From Verrucomicrobiota bacterium (GTDB taxonomy: Bacteria; Verrucomicrobiota; Lentisphaeria; Lentisphaerales; Lentisphaeraceae): a DNA stretch of 64,000 nucleotides. A model generated the notes under the pieces. That model saw only the letters and a program-made list of their open reading frames with translations, was not told the origin of the DNA and made no database searches. Shown here piece by piece: positions 30,100 through 40,445 of this stretch (position 1 is its first letter; every line of letters begins with the position of its first letter). Made by a program: the position numbers and the translations under genes. Location: NCBI GenBank assembly GCA_039798785.1, contig JBDKFG010000003.1, forward strand, positions 47,373 to 111,372. The letters are read 5' to 3'.

Positions 30100-32561
30100 A
30101 CTTTGCAGGTCGAAAGGCAGTCTTCAACAGGCCAAGGGACGCAGACATGAATGAGATTCCGAAGATGCTGGCTCTTTTGCTCTGCCCGATGGCGGTTTTC
30201 GCCGTCAGCGAGGCCGCGCCGCCAAAGACCGACGCCCAGGCGCTGAGCCTCCTCCCTGACGCCCAAAAACTGAGCCCCTCCCCTTCGCCATACAACGCGG
30301 TTCCCGTGGAGGAGCAATGGGCGATGGCGGAAGGATTGTTCCGACGCGGCTTTTTCGACGATGCCGAGACCGAATACCGGGTGCTCGACCGCGACTCGGT
30401 GCCGCCCGAGCGGCGATGCAAGGTCCTGCTCCGCCTCGCAGATTGCGCCGAGAAGAAGAAGGCCGCCGCCGCCTGCCAGGAGTATCTCGAACGCTATGTC
30501 AAGATGGAGTCCGACGCCAGCTTGCGTGAAAAGGCCCGGCTTCGCATCGGCATGACCTTGGCGCAAAGAGGAGAGCGTGAGCAGGCCTTGAAGGTACTGG
30601 CAGCCCTGGACCGCAAGATCGATGGCGGCTCGCTCTGGGAAAGCGGCCGTTACGAGAGCGCCCGCATCCTCCTTGCCGAAAAGAAGCGGGATGAAGCCTC
30701 GGCCATCTTCGCCGAGCTGGCGGCGCTCCCGTGGGACGCTGCCAGCATCGTCCGCTGCTACGCCAGCTTTGTCCACGGCGAGGACCTGCGCGGCAGCAGG
30801 AAACTGCAGGAGTCCCTCGGCTTCTTCCGCCGCGTAGCAGAATCCCAGTCAGCACCGGCGGAGCTCCGGGAAGCCGCCTGGCTCCGCTGCATGGAGATCA
30901 AGACCCTCGGAGGCGACCACGGCGCCGTGGTCGACTTCTACCAGGCTTTCAAGCTCAATCTCCCCGAAGCCAGGCAGCTCCCTCAGGCCGCCCTGGAAGC
31001 CGGACGCGCCCTGCTCAGCCTGGGCCGCCCGGCGGAAGCCCTGCGCATTCTGGATGAAGGGCGAGGACTCAGCGGATCGCACGGCGCCGAGCGCCAGATG
31101 ATGATCGGGCTCGCCTGTTACGCCCTTCAGCGCGATGAAGAGGCCCTGGCCGCCTTCCATGCGGCGGCGGAACCCGGATCGCCCCAGTTCGCCGCCGCCC
31201 TGTCGCAACAGCTCCTCTGCCTGGTGCGCCTGCATCGACATGAAGAGTGCCTCAAGTCCGGCCTGCCCCTCCTCAATGCCGGAGTCAATCCGACAGTCCG
31301 TAGCGACGCCGCACTGGCGATGGCGCGCAGCGCCATCGCCCTGAAACGCGAGGCCCGTGCGGACGAATTGCTCGAGCTGGCCATCCGGGAGGCCCCTCCG
31401 GAATGGCCAGGCCTGGAGAGCGCCGCCAGGCTCCTGGCGGCGGAGCGGAGCCGCCTGGGCATGCATGAAAAAGCCTCAGCCGCCTGGAAGGTTCTCGCCG
31501 CCAGATCCCCCGCGATCCGCAACGATGCCGAACTCGAAGAAGCTCTCTCGCTCCGACGAGCCGGCTTGCACGGCCGCGCCGCCGGCATCTACGCCGCCTG
31601 GCTTGAACGCTGCCCCCGGGAAGCTAGACGCTTCGATGTCGCCTGCTCCTTGATCGAGACCCTGGCAGCCGAAGGCCGTGCCGAACAGGCCTTCGCCATC
31701 CTGGCCAGGACCCGCGACGGCGCAGACGCCCCCCGGCTGGCAAGCCTGGATGTGCTCGAAGGCCGCCTCCGATTTGAAAGGCGCGAGCCCGCACTCTGCC
31801 TCGAAAAGATCGACCGGGCCCTCGCCGATCCCGCCCTGCCCCCCGAGCGCCGAGGCGATGCCCTTCTTCTGCAATCGATGGCGAGAATGGACCTGCGCCA
31901 GCCTGAGCAGGCTGCCGCCGCCGCCGCGGAGCTGGTCGGCTCGGGTCTACGCCCCATCGGCTTCGACACCCAGCGCAAGGAAGCCTTCGCACGCCTGCTC
32001 GAAACCTGGGGACGCGGCCAGGTCGCAGCCCAGCTCTATGCCGAGCTGGCCGACGCCGGCGAGGACTCCTGGCGCAGCGCCGCCGCCGCGGGTCGCGCCC
32101 GCCAGGCGGCGAGAGAGGAGAAATGGGAGGAGGCCGCTGCCGAAGCGTCCAAAGCGCTGGAGCTGGCGGGCGCCGAACGGCGGCGGCGGGCGGCAGCCCT
32201 GGTCGCTGCAGGCATCGCCGCCAGCCGCAACCCCGAACGCTCCTTGCAGCTTCTCACCGAGGCTCTCGCCCTGGCCCCGGAAGACGATGACGATGTCTGC
32301 GCCGCCGCCACCCTCCTTGCCGAATTCCGCGCCGGCCGCGGCGAACACGCCGAGGCGATGCGCCTCGCGGCACGCGCCTGGGTGACCCGCAACCACCCAC
32401 TGTGGACACCTCGCGCCCTCCTCACGGCACGAGGCTCCGCCAAAGCCCTCAACAAGCCCGAAGAGGCCGCCGGCCTCGAAAAAGAACTGCGCCAACGCTA
32501 CCCCGCAGTCGCGATTCCCGAGGATAAGCCCGAAATTCTCGCCCCAGTCCCGTCAAAATGA
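30096..32561 (+). CDS. Exported TPR-repeat protein
   Basis: Signal-peptide-like N-terminus and many helical TPR-like units, ending ELRQRYP. Start is either 30096 (ATGA overlap) or 30147. Confidence 0.7.
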   Translation: MNFAGRKAVFNRPRDADMNEIPKMLALLLCPMAVFAVSEAAPPKTDAQALSLLPDAQKLSPSPSPYNAVPVEEQWAMAEGLFRRGFFDDAETEYRVLDRDSVPPERRCKVLLRLADCAEKKKAAAACQEYLERYVKMESDASLREKARLRIGMTLAQRGEREQALKVLAALDRKIDGGSLWESGRYESARILLAEKKRDEASAIFAELAALPWDAASIVRCYASFVHGEDLRGSRKLQESLGFFRRVAESQSAPAELREAAWLRCMEIKTLGGDHGAVVDFYQAFKLNLPEARQLPQAALEAGRALLSLGRPAEALRILDEGRGLSGSHGAERQMMIGLACYALQRDEEALAAFHAAAEPGSPQFAAALSQQLLCLVRLHRHEECLKSGLPLLNAGVNPTVRSDAALAMARSAIALKREARADELLELAIREAPPEWPGLESAARLLAAERSRLGMHEKASAAWKVLAARSPAIRNDAELEEALSLRRAGLHGRAAGIYAAWLERCPREARRFDVACSLIETLAAEGRAEQAFAILARTRDGADAPRLASLDVLEGRLRFERREPALCLEKIDRALADPALPPERRGDALLLQSMARMDLRQPEQAAAAAAELVGSGLRPIGFDTQRKEAFARLLETWGRGQVAAQLYAELADAGEDSWRSAAAAGRARQAAREEKWEEAAAEASKALELAGAERRRRAAALVAAGIAASRNPERSLQLLTEALALAPEDDDDVCAAATLLAEFRAGRGEHAEAMRLAARAWVTRNHPLWTPRALLTARGSAKALNKPEEAAGLEKELRQRYPAVAIPEDKPEILAPVPSK

Positions 32562-32588
32562 CTTTGCGCTCAGCGCAGCCCGGTTATA

Positions 32589-32617
32589 TTGGCACGATCC
32601 GGTGCGTCCGGTAAAAT
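32589..32617 (+). promoter_or_regulatory. Putative sigma70 promoter for the FHA-ftsH-DUF167-HPr operon
   Basis: TTGGCA (32589-32594), a 17-bp spacer, then TAAAAT (32612-32617). Confidence 0.5.
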
Positions 32618-32630
32618 CGCAAGCTGAAGG

Positions 32631-33161
32631 ATGTTAATCATGCCCGTCCCGAAAGTCATCGTCCTGTCCGAAGTCATGCGCGGCAAGAGCTTCGAGCTGA
32701 CCAAGGATCTCTACTCCATCGGCCGCTCGGAAGAGCGCGACATCTGCGTCCCCGATGGCACCATCAGCTCCTACCATGCGGAGCTGATCAAGACCGATGC
32801 CGGCTACACCGCCCGGGACTGCAACTCCACCAACGGCACCCGCGTCAACGGCGTCCGCATCACCGAACAGGCCCTCAACAACAGCGACATCCTCCAGGTC
32901 GGCGGCGTCGAGATGCTCTTCGACTGCGAAGATAAGGCCAACGCCACCACTCAGACCACCACCCAGACCAAGATCAACATCGATGATCTCAGCGTCACCA
33001 CCTACGTCCCCTCCGCGATGTCCAACATCTACGGATCCTCGAAGACCGCTTCGGGCGGCGGCGAAGACTCCAAGGTCAAGGTCCTCTTCTACGTCCTCAT
33101 CGGCGTCCTGGTGATCATCGTGGTCGTCCTAGGCATTTTCCTCTATCAAAGACTGAAGTGA
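32631..33161 (+). CDS. FHA domain protein with C-terminal membrane anchor
   Basis: IGR, ISSYHA and STNGT FHA motifs, a Thr-rich linker, and a C-terminal hydrophobic helix. Confidence 0.88.
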   Translation: MLIMPVPKVIVLSEVMRGKSFELTKDLYSIGRSEERDICVPDGTISSYHAELIKTDAGYTARDCNSTNGTRVNGVRITEQALNNSDILQVGGVEMLFDCEDKANATTQTTTQTKINIDDLSVTTYVPSAMSNIYGSSKTASGGGEDSKVKVLFYVLIGVLVIIVVVLGIFLYQRLK

Positions 33162-33173
33162 CGAATCCCCTAC

Positions 33174-35112
<1,939 letters not shown>

Positions 35113-35126
<14 letters not shown>

Positions 35127-35427
35127 GCCAAGCGACAAAGGTCTGAAACTGCACCTCCACGTGCAGCCCGGTGCCCGTTGCTACCAGGTCGACGGCCTCC
35201 ACGGCGAGGCAATCAAAGTCAAAATCGCCGCCCCCCCGGTCGACGGCAAGGCCAACGCCGCCCTACTTTCCTGGGTCGCCGAGCTGTTCTCCGTCTCACG
35301 CTCGCAAGTCCAGCTCCTGAGCGGCGAGAGCTCGCGCCGCAAGACCCTGCTGCTCACCGGCGGCGACAAAGCCCAACAAGCCTTGTGGCAAGCCCACGGG
35401 ATGAAACTGATCGGAGGCCTCCCATGA
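35113..35427 (+). CDS. DUF167 (YggU-like) protein
   Basis: HVQPGA, APPVDGKAN and GESSRRK. Confidence 0.88.
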
Positions 35428-35690
35428 AGTCCCGCTCGGTCACCGTCATCAATCCCCTCGGCATCCACGCCCGCCCCTCGGCCATGATCGTCCGTAAAGC
35501 AGCCTCCTTTCAGTCGCAATTCTGGATCGAAAAGAACGGCAACAAGGTCAACGCGCGCAACATCCTTAACATCATGACTCTCGCCGCATCGAAAGGGACT
35601 GTCCTGACCCTGATCACCGAAGGCCCCGACGAGGAACAGTCTCTCGCCGCTTTGGCCGAGCTCTTCGACACCGGCTTCGGCGAGATCTGA
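35424..35690 (+). CDS. ptsH: HPr family phosphocarrier protein
   Basis: Start re-called at 35424. GIHARPS with His at position 15 and EGPDE; position 46 is Asn. Confidence 0.9.
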   Translation: MKSRSVTVINPLGIHARPSAMIVRKAASFQSQFWIEKNGNKVNARNILNIMTLAASKGTVLTLITEGPDEEQSLAALAELFDTGFGEI

Positions 35691-35744
35691 GGCTGAAGCC
35701 GCCGCACTCGCTGCGGGTCACTTGTTGAAGCTCCGGGTGGTCAC

Positions 35745-36194
35745 ATGCTCGTTAAAAAGATCAATCGACTTTGGCCAGCTAATCAGCAGGATGACAAGAT
35801 CTATAAGGTCTATGGACTGACTTTTTTGCGCAATGAAAACCACACGCTTCACTTTCTCGAAGAGGTCGATGAGCGGAATACTTGGGACAAAAGCAAGTTC
35901 GACGGGGGGGTTTTGATTGAGGATGAAGACTTTGCGGGCTTAGGCTACCACCCTTTGTCGCGATTTGAAGTCATTGATCCCCACCCTGATTGTCGATGGG
36001 TGATGCAGTATGTCAGGTCCATGCAATACGATGCAAACAGTGTTCCTGGTGGCGATGTTGACAATGATGTAGACAGCTATTGGGGATGGATTTACATCTA
36101 TCCGGGAATCCCTGAAAACATTCTCAACAGCTTCGTTTTTTGGTACGATGCTTCGCGCAGATTGAAGCAATACATCGACGAGAACTTCCCCTGA
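35745..36194 (+). CDS. Hypothetical AT-rich orphan protein
   Basis: 149-aa ORF with codon usage unlike its neighbours, acidic and aromatic-rich, followed by a terminator. Confidence 0.6.
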   Translation: MLVKKINRLWPANQQDDKIYKVYGLTFLRNENHTLHFLEEVDERNTWDKSKFDGGVLIEDEDFAGLGYHPLSRFEVIDPHPDCRWVMQYVRSMQYDANSVPGGDVDNDVDSYWGWIYIYPGIPENILNSFVFWYDASRRLKQYIDENFP

Positions 36195-36222
36195 GCCTTC
36201 ATTAATTTAGGGACAGATAACG

Positions 36223-36252
36223 AAAAACGCCCTCGCTACGCGAGGGCGTTTT
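36223..36252. terminator. Bidirectional intrinsic terminator between convergent genes
   Basis: AAAAACGCCCTCGC-TAC-GCGAGGGCGTTTT. Confidence 0.88.
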
Positions 36253-36268
36253 GATCATCTCCAGGACA

Positions 36269-36817
36269 TCACTTGAGCAGTGCTTCGAGAACCGCGTCGA
36301 CATCCTTGTTGTTGATGTCAGCGATGAAGAGCTTGCCGTCAGGCGAAATCAGGTAGTAATCCGGATAGCCGTTGACCTGATAGGTCTCATTGGTCTTGCC
36401 ATTGTCGACGCAGACCGGGTACTTGATGCCTTTGTCCTTGACCACTGCAGCCATGCTTTCGCCGCCTTGGGCGTGGCAGACGCCGATGACGAGGAGCTTG
36501 TCCTTGTACTTCTCCTGGATCGCATTGGTGTGCGGAATCGAGGCCACACAGGGACCGCACCAGGTGGCCCAGAAGTCGAGCAGGACCCACTTGCCTTTCA
36601 AATCATCAAGCTTGCGGGCATCGCTGTTGATCCAATCCTTGACATCGAGGGCCGGGGCTTCCTTGCCGTTCATGGCGGCGAAGCGCTCCTGGCCCCGCTC
36701 CTTCCACTCCTCCTTGATCAAGGCCTTCGCCGCGGCCTCGTCGAAATTGCTTTTCGCCGCTTCTGCGGCGCCTGCCGCCAGAGTCAAAAATGCTGCTGCG
36801 ATGAGCCAATTTTTCAT
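36269..36817 (-). CDS. TlpA-family thiol-disulfide oxidoreductase, exported
   Basis: Signal peptide, LDFWATWCGPC and GYP. Confidence 0.9.
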   Translation of the reverse strand: MKNWLIAAAFLTLAAGAAEAAKSNFDEAAAKALIKEEWKERGQERFAAMNGKEAPALDVKDWINSDARKLDDLKGKWVLLDFWATWCGPCVASIPHTNAIQEKYKDKLLVIGVCHAQGGESMAAVVKDKGIKYPVCVDNGKTNETYQVNGYPDYYLISPDGKLFIADINNKDVDAVLEALLK

Positions 36818-36892
36818 CAGGATTCTCCCAATCTATGGTTTTTATGTGAAGGCGCCCTTGTGTAGACGCAGTGGAACACGGTTTTACGCCTG

Positions 36893-38191
36893 TCAATCCA
36901 CCACGGGCAGGCAGAGGCTTGGGGCTCTGGTCACCGGCAGCTGGTCGATGGCCTTTATAGCAGCCGTGGCGGCGGCCTGGCTGGCGACGTGAGTCATCAA
37001 AACCAAGGTGACCGGTGCTCCGGAAGCCTCGGCAGCTTCTTTCTGCAGGAAGGAGGCGATCGAGATCAGGTGGGCGCCGAGGATGCCGGTGATCACGGCG
37101 AGCACGCCGGGGTTATCGGCGACGGTGAGGCGGATGTAGAATCGCGACTTGGTCTGACTGGCGTCGGCAAGCTCAGCCGCGGGTCTTTGATCCGACCAGA
37201 GCTGCAGGAGGCCGAAGGTGATCTGGGCCCTTCCGACCGCGGTGTCGATGATGTCGGCGACGACGGCGGATGCGGTGGGTTTTTCGCCGGCGCCCTGGCC
37301 TTGGTAGAAGAGCTCACCGACGGCATCGCCGCGGAGCGACACGGCATTAAACGCCTGGCGGACTTCGGCGAGGGGCGACCCGAAGCGGACGAGCGCGGGT
37401 GAGACGCCCAGCGCGAGCCGCCCTTGATCCAAGCGCGCCGAGGCGATCAACTTGATGCGGCAGCCGAGCTCGCGGGCGAAGGCTATGTCGAGAGGAGAGA
37501 GACCATCGATGCCGAGACGCGGAATCTCGCGCCAGCTGGCGCGGGCTCCGAAGCCGAGATGTGCCAGGATGGCCAGCTTCTGGGCGGCGTCGGAACCGTC
37601 GACGTCCATCGCCGGATCGGCCTCGGCATAACCGAGGCGCTGCGCTTCCTTCAAGGCGACGGCGAAATCCTGACTCTTCTCCTCCATGCAGGTGAGGATG
37701 AAATTGGTGGTGCCGTTAAGAATGCCGCGAAGGCCCTCGAGGCGGTTGGCGGAAAGACACTGGCTCATGTTGGTGATGATCGGGATGCCGCCGGCGACCG
37801 CCGCCTCGAAGGCGATCGAGCGCCCCTGAGCTCGAGCCGCGTCGAAAAGCTCGCTTCCGTGCTCTGCCAGAAGCGCCTTGTTGGCGGTGATCAGATCCTT
37901 GCCGGAGGCCAGCAGGCGCAAGGCGATGCTTCGGGCAGGTTCCAGACCGCCGACGAGGAGAACGGCAATGCGGCACTCGCGGTCGGCGATGAGCTCCTCG
38001 AGATCACCTCGGATCAGGCCGGGAGGAAGGTCAATCCGCCGGGCCTTGCCGGGATCACCGACGACGACGTGCGCGATCTCCAGCGATTTGCCGGCCTGGC
38101 GGCGCACACCCTCGGCATTCTCGGTCAAAATCCGCGCCACGCCAGTTCCGACTGTACCCAGACCGACGAGGCCGATGCGAATGCTGGACAT
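36893..38191 (-). CDS. hom: Homoserine dehydrogenase (with ACT domain)
   Basis: GLGTVG, TANKA, FEAAVAGGIP, GILNGT, GYAEADP and a C-terminal ACT domain. Confidence 0.95.
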   Translation of the reverse strand: MSSIRIGLVGLGTVGTGVARILTENAEGVRRQAGKSLEIAHVVVGDPGKARRIDLPPGLIRGDLEELIADRECRIAVLLVGGLEPARSIALRLLASGKDLITANKALLAEHGSELFDAARAQGRSIAFEAAVAGGIPIITNMSQCLSANRLEGLRGILNGTTNFILTCMEEKSQDFAVALKEAQRLGYAEADPAMDVDGSDAAQKLAILAHLGFGARASWREIPRLGIDGLSPLDIAFARELGCRIKLIASARLDQGRLALGVSPALVRFGSPLAEVRQAFNAVSLRGDAVGELFYQGQGAGEKPTASAVVADIIDTAVGRAQITFGLLQLWSDQRPAAELADASQTKSRFYIRLTVADNPGVLAVITGILGAHLISIASFLQKEAAEASGAPVTLVLMTHVASQAAATAAIKAIDQLPVTRAPSLCLPVVD

Positions 38192-38297
38192 GAGAATTCT
38201 CCTGATTGGTTTGAGGCGAAACCAAGGTGAGGCCCGGTCGCCACTACTTCAAGAGCCGCGACACGGCCATTCTGTGTCAAGCGGCGGAGCTCGCGGC

Positions 38298-40445
38298 TCA
38301 GGGCAAGCCGCCCTTCCTGCGAATGTACCATTCGGTCCCGAGCAGGCCGAGCCCCAGGAGATAGAAAAGCCAGTTATCCCAGAGGGATTTGAGCCGTTTG
38401 ATGCTGCGGGTGCTGCGCTGCGCCGGCGCCTGGAGGTAGCGGTCGAGGAGCTCGCCGAACTGCTCCGCCGCCAAGACCGAGCCGCCGCTGCTGCGCGCCA
38501 AGGCTTCGGCCGCCTCGGCGTCGGCAAGCGGCTGATCGATCTCGGTGCGCGGACGCCGCACCTGCAGACGCTGCTCGTTCGATCGCAGAGCCTTGCCTTC
38601 AACCATCGCCTCGACGACCAGGCTCCAAGTCCCCTCGCCGGGAGCGAAGGAGGCGGTGGAGCATTCCCCTTCAGGGCTGAGGACCAAGCTGCCTGCCTCG
38701 GGAGGATTCTCAATCCGACGCCAAAGGACCTTGGCTTCCGGTGGAGCGCGGCTGCCGGAACTGCTCTCCAGAGAAGAGCGCAGGGAAACTTTGTCGCCCA
38801 GCTCGATCCGGCTGCGATCGAGTTCGAGGGAAAGCTGGCCCTCGAGCAAGTCCTCGCGGAAGGCGAGATGGCAGACGCTGCGGCGCCACAAGGGGTCGTG
38901 AATGCCGCTGCGCGACACGGCGTCCATCGCCAAGGGCCAAGTCAGGGGACCAGCCAGGATGGCGAGGCGCCCTTTGCCGAGATTGTCGGCGATGAGAACG
39001 CTGCGTCCATCGATCTCGAGCAGACTCTTGGCGCCGGCGGCGAGCTTCAAGGGGATGATACGGCGCGGCTGGGTCTGGCGAGCCTTCCAGCTGGCCGGAT
39101 CGGCGGCGGCGAGACGGGCGAGCGGACCGCTGATGAAGTGGCTGGCTCCGTGGGCTGCGGGACTCATCGGCGAGCTGACTTCGATGGCGGCGCCGCTGAC
39201 GCTGGCGGGGGCCCCGGGGATCTGCGCCAGCAAGGGAGCGCTGCGGGGCCCGAGGACCAGCATCAAGCCGGCACGGCGATTCTGCGGCAGCTTCAGCAGC
39301 GAATCGACAAGAGGTTGGCCGAGCAGTGCTGGATCGGGATCGACCAGGACGGCGGCATCGACAGGGCCGGAAACGAGGCCGAGGACTTCACGACGCCCTT
39401 CGGCATTGCGGCATGCGTAAGGAGAAGGGACGATGCATTCGAAGGCGTCGCAGGCCTCCAGCGCACGGCGGATGAACTTGAACTCCGGCGAGGGAGAGGT
39501 GGCCAGAAGCAGGACTTTCAGGCCTCCTCCCCGGACCCGGAAAAAGGTGTCAGCCTGGTTGTTGACGGCGCTCAACTCCTGGGGGACGGGCGTGATCAGG
39601 GCGCTGAGTGAGTGGAACCCCGGGCCGAGATCCTTGGTCGCCACATCAAGCCGGACCAGGCCTCCGTCGACGGCGCGACTGGTGCTCAGTTCGCGCTTGG
39701 CGACTTCGCGTCCGTCGCAAAGAATGCGCAAGCTTGCAGGACGGTCTTTCATGCCTCGCAAGCTGTAGCTGACGCTGACCGGAAGGGCTTCGTCCTTCTG
39801 CACCACGGCGGGAGTTTCTACCTCGATGACGGCGGCGTCCTCCAGTCCCTCGCCGTAATCGCTGCGGCCAAGAAGGACCGTGTGGACCGGGATCTTGCGG
39901 CCGCCGCAAGCCGCGGCGGCGCGGGAAATGCTGGCACCGGTGTTCGAGGCGGCGTCGCCGAGATGGATGACGCCGGCGTTTCGCCGCAGGCTGGGTGAGG
40001 ACGCAGCCTCAAGCAGCGCATTGCCGAGGGCGCTGGCTCCATCGGCGACCGGGCTGCCGGCGGCGACCGGCGCGGCAGCGAAGTCGAGCTCGACCAGTTC
40101 ATAGCGGTCGCGCAAGGCGGCGAGCGCTTCGGCCTGGGACTTGATGAGGCGGGTAGCGACGGCGTCGCGACTTTGACGTTCGGGCATGTCGCGCAGCTGC
40201 ATCGAGGCGGAGCGGTCGCGCAAGAGGTAGAGCAGGTCCTTCTCGACCAGCTGTTCGGAGCGGTCGAGAGAGGGACGGAGCAGGAGGATGCTGGCGACTG
40301 CGATCCAAGCCAAGCGGAAAGGCAAGGCAGTGCGGGCGGCGGCGGCTTTGGGAGAGCGCAGGGTGGAGACCAGGCTCTGGAGAGCGCATAGCAGGGCCAG
40401 CGCGGCGATCAATGGCCAGGGCAGTAGGGGGTCAAACACGGGCAT
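38298..40445 (-). CDS. Membrane-anchored VWA-domain protein
   Basis: N-terminal TM pair, DRSAS MIDAS motif, an Ig/CARDB-like segment (ELSAVNN), EFKFIRRAL, and C-terminal TM ending EWYIRR. Confidence 0.72.
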   Translation of the reverse strand: MPVFDPLLPWPLIAALALLCALQSLVSTLRSPKAAAARTALPFRLAWIAVASILLLRPSLDRSEQLVEKDLLYLLRDRSASMQLRDMPERQSRDAVATRLIKSQAEALAALRDRYELVELDFAAAPVAAGSPVADGASALGNALLEAASSPSLRRNAGVIHLGDAASNTGASISRAAAACGGRKIPVHTVLLGRSDYGEGLEDAAVIEVETPAVVQKDEALPVSVSYSLRGMKDRPASLRILCDGREVAKRELSTSRAVDGGLVRLDVATKDLGPGFHSLSALITPVPQELSAVNNQADTFFRVRGGGLKVLLLATSPSPEFKFIRRALEACDAFECIVPSPYACRNAEGRREVLGLVSGPVDAAVLVDPDPALLGQPLVDSLLKLPQNRRAGLMLVLGPRSAPLLAQIPGAPASVSGAAIEVSSPMSPAAHGASHFISGPLARLAAADPASWKARQTQPRRIIPLKLAAGAKSLLEIDGRSVLIADNLGKGRLAILAGPLTWPLAMDAVSRSGIHDPLWRRSVCHLAFREDLLEGQLSLELDRSRIELGDKVSLRSSLESSSGSRAPPEAKVLWRRIENPPEAGSLVLSPEGECSTASFAPGEGTWSLVVEAMVEGKALRSNEQRLQVRRPRTEIDQPLADAEAAEALARSSGGSVLAAEQFGELLDRYLQAPAQRSTRSIKRLKSLWDNWLFYLLGLGLLGTEWYIRRKGGLP

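Noticed and set aside
32590..32605. Sigma54 promoter TGGCAC...TGC upstream of FHA-ftsH
   Set aside because: The GG-to-GC spacing is 11 rather than the required 10. A sigma70-type reading fits better.
38192..38297. TTGACA (38275-38280, minus strand) and a small hairpin upstream of hom as a promoter or riboswitch
   Set aside because: There is no acceptable -10 at 16-18 bp and no recognisable riboswitch or leader-peptide consensus.
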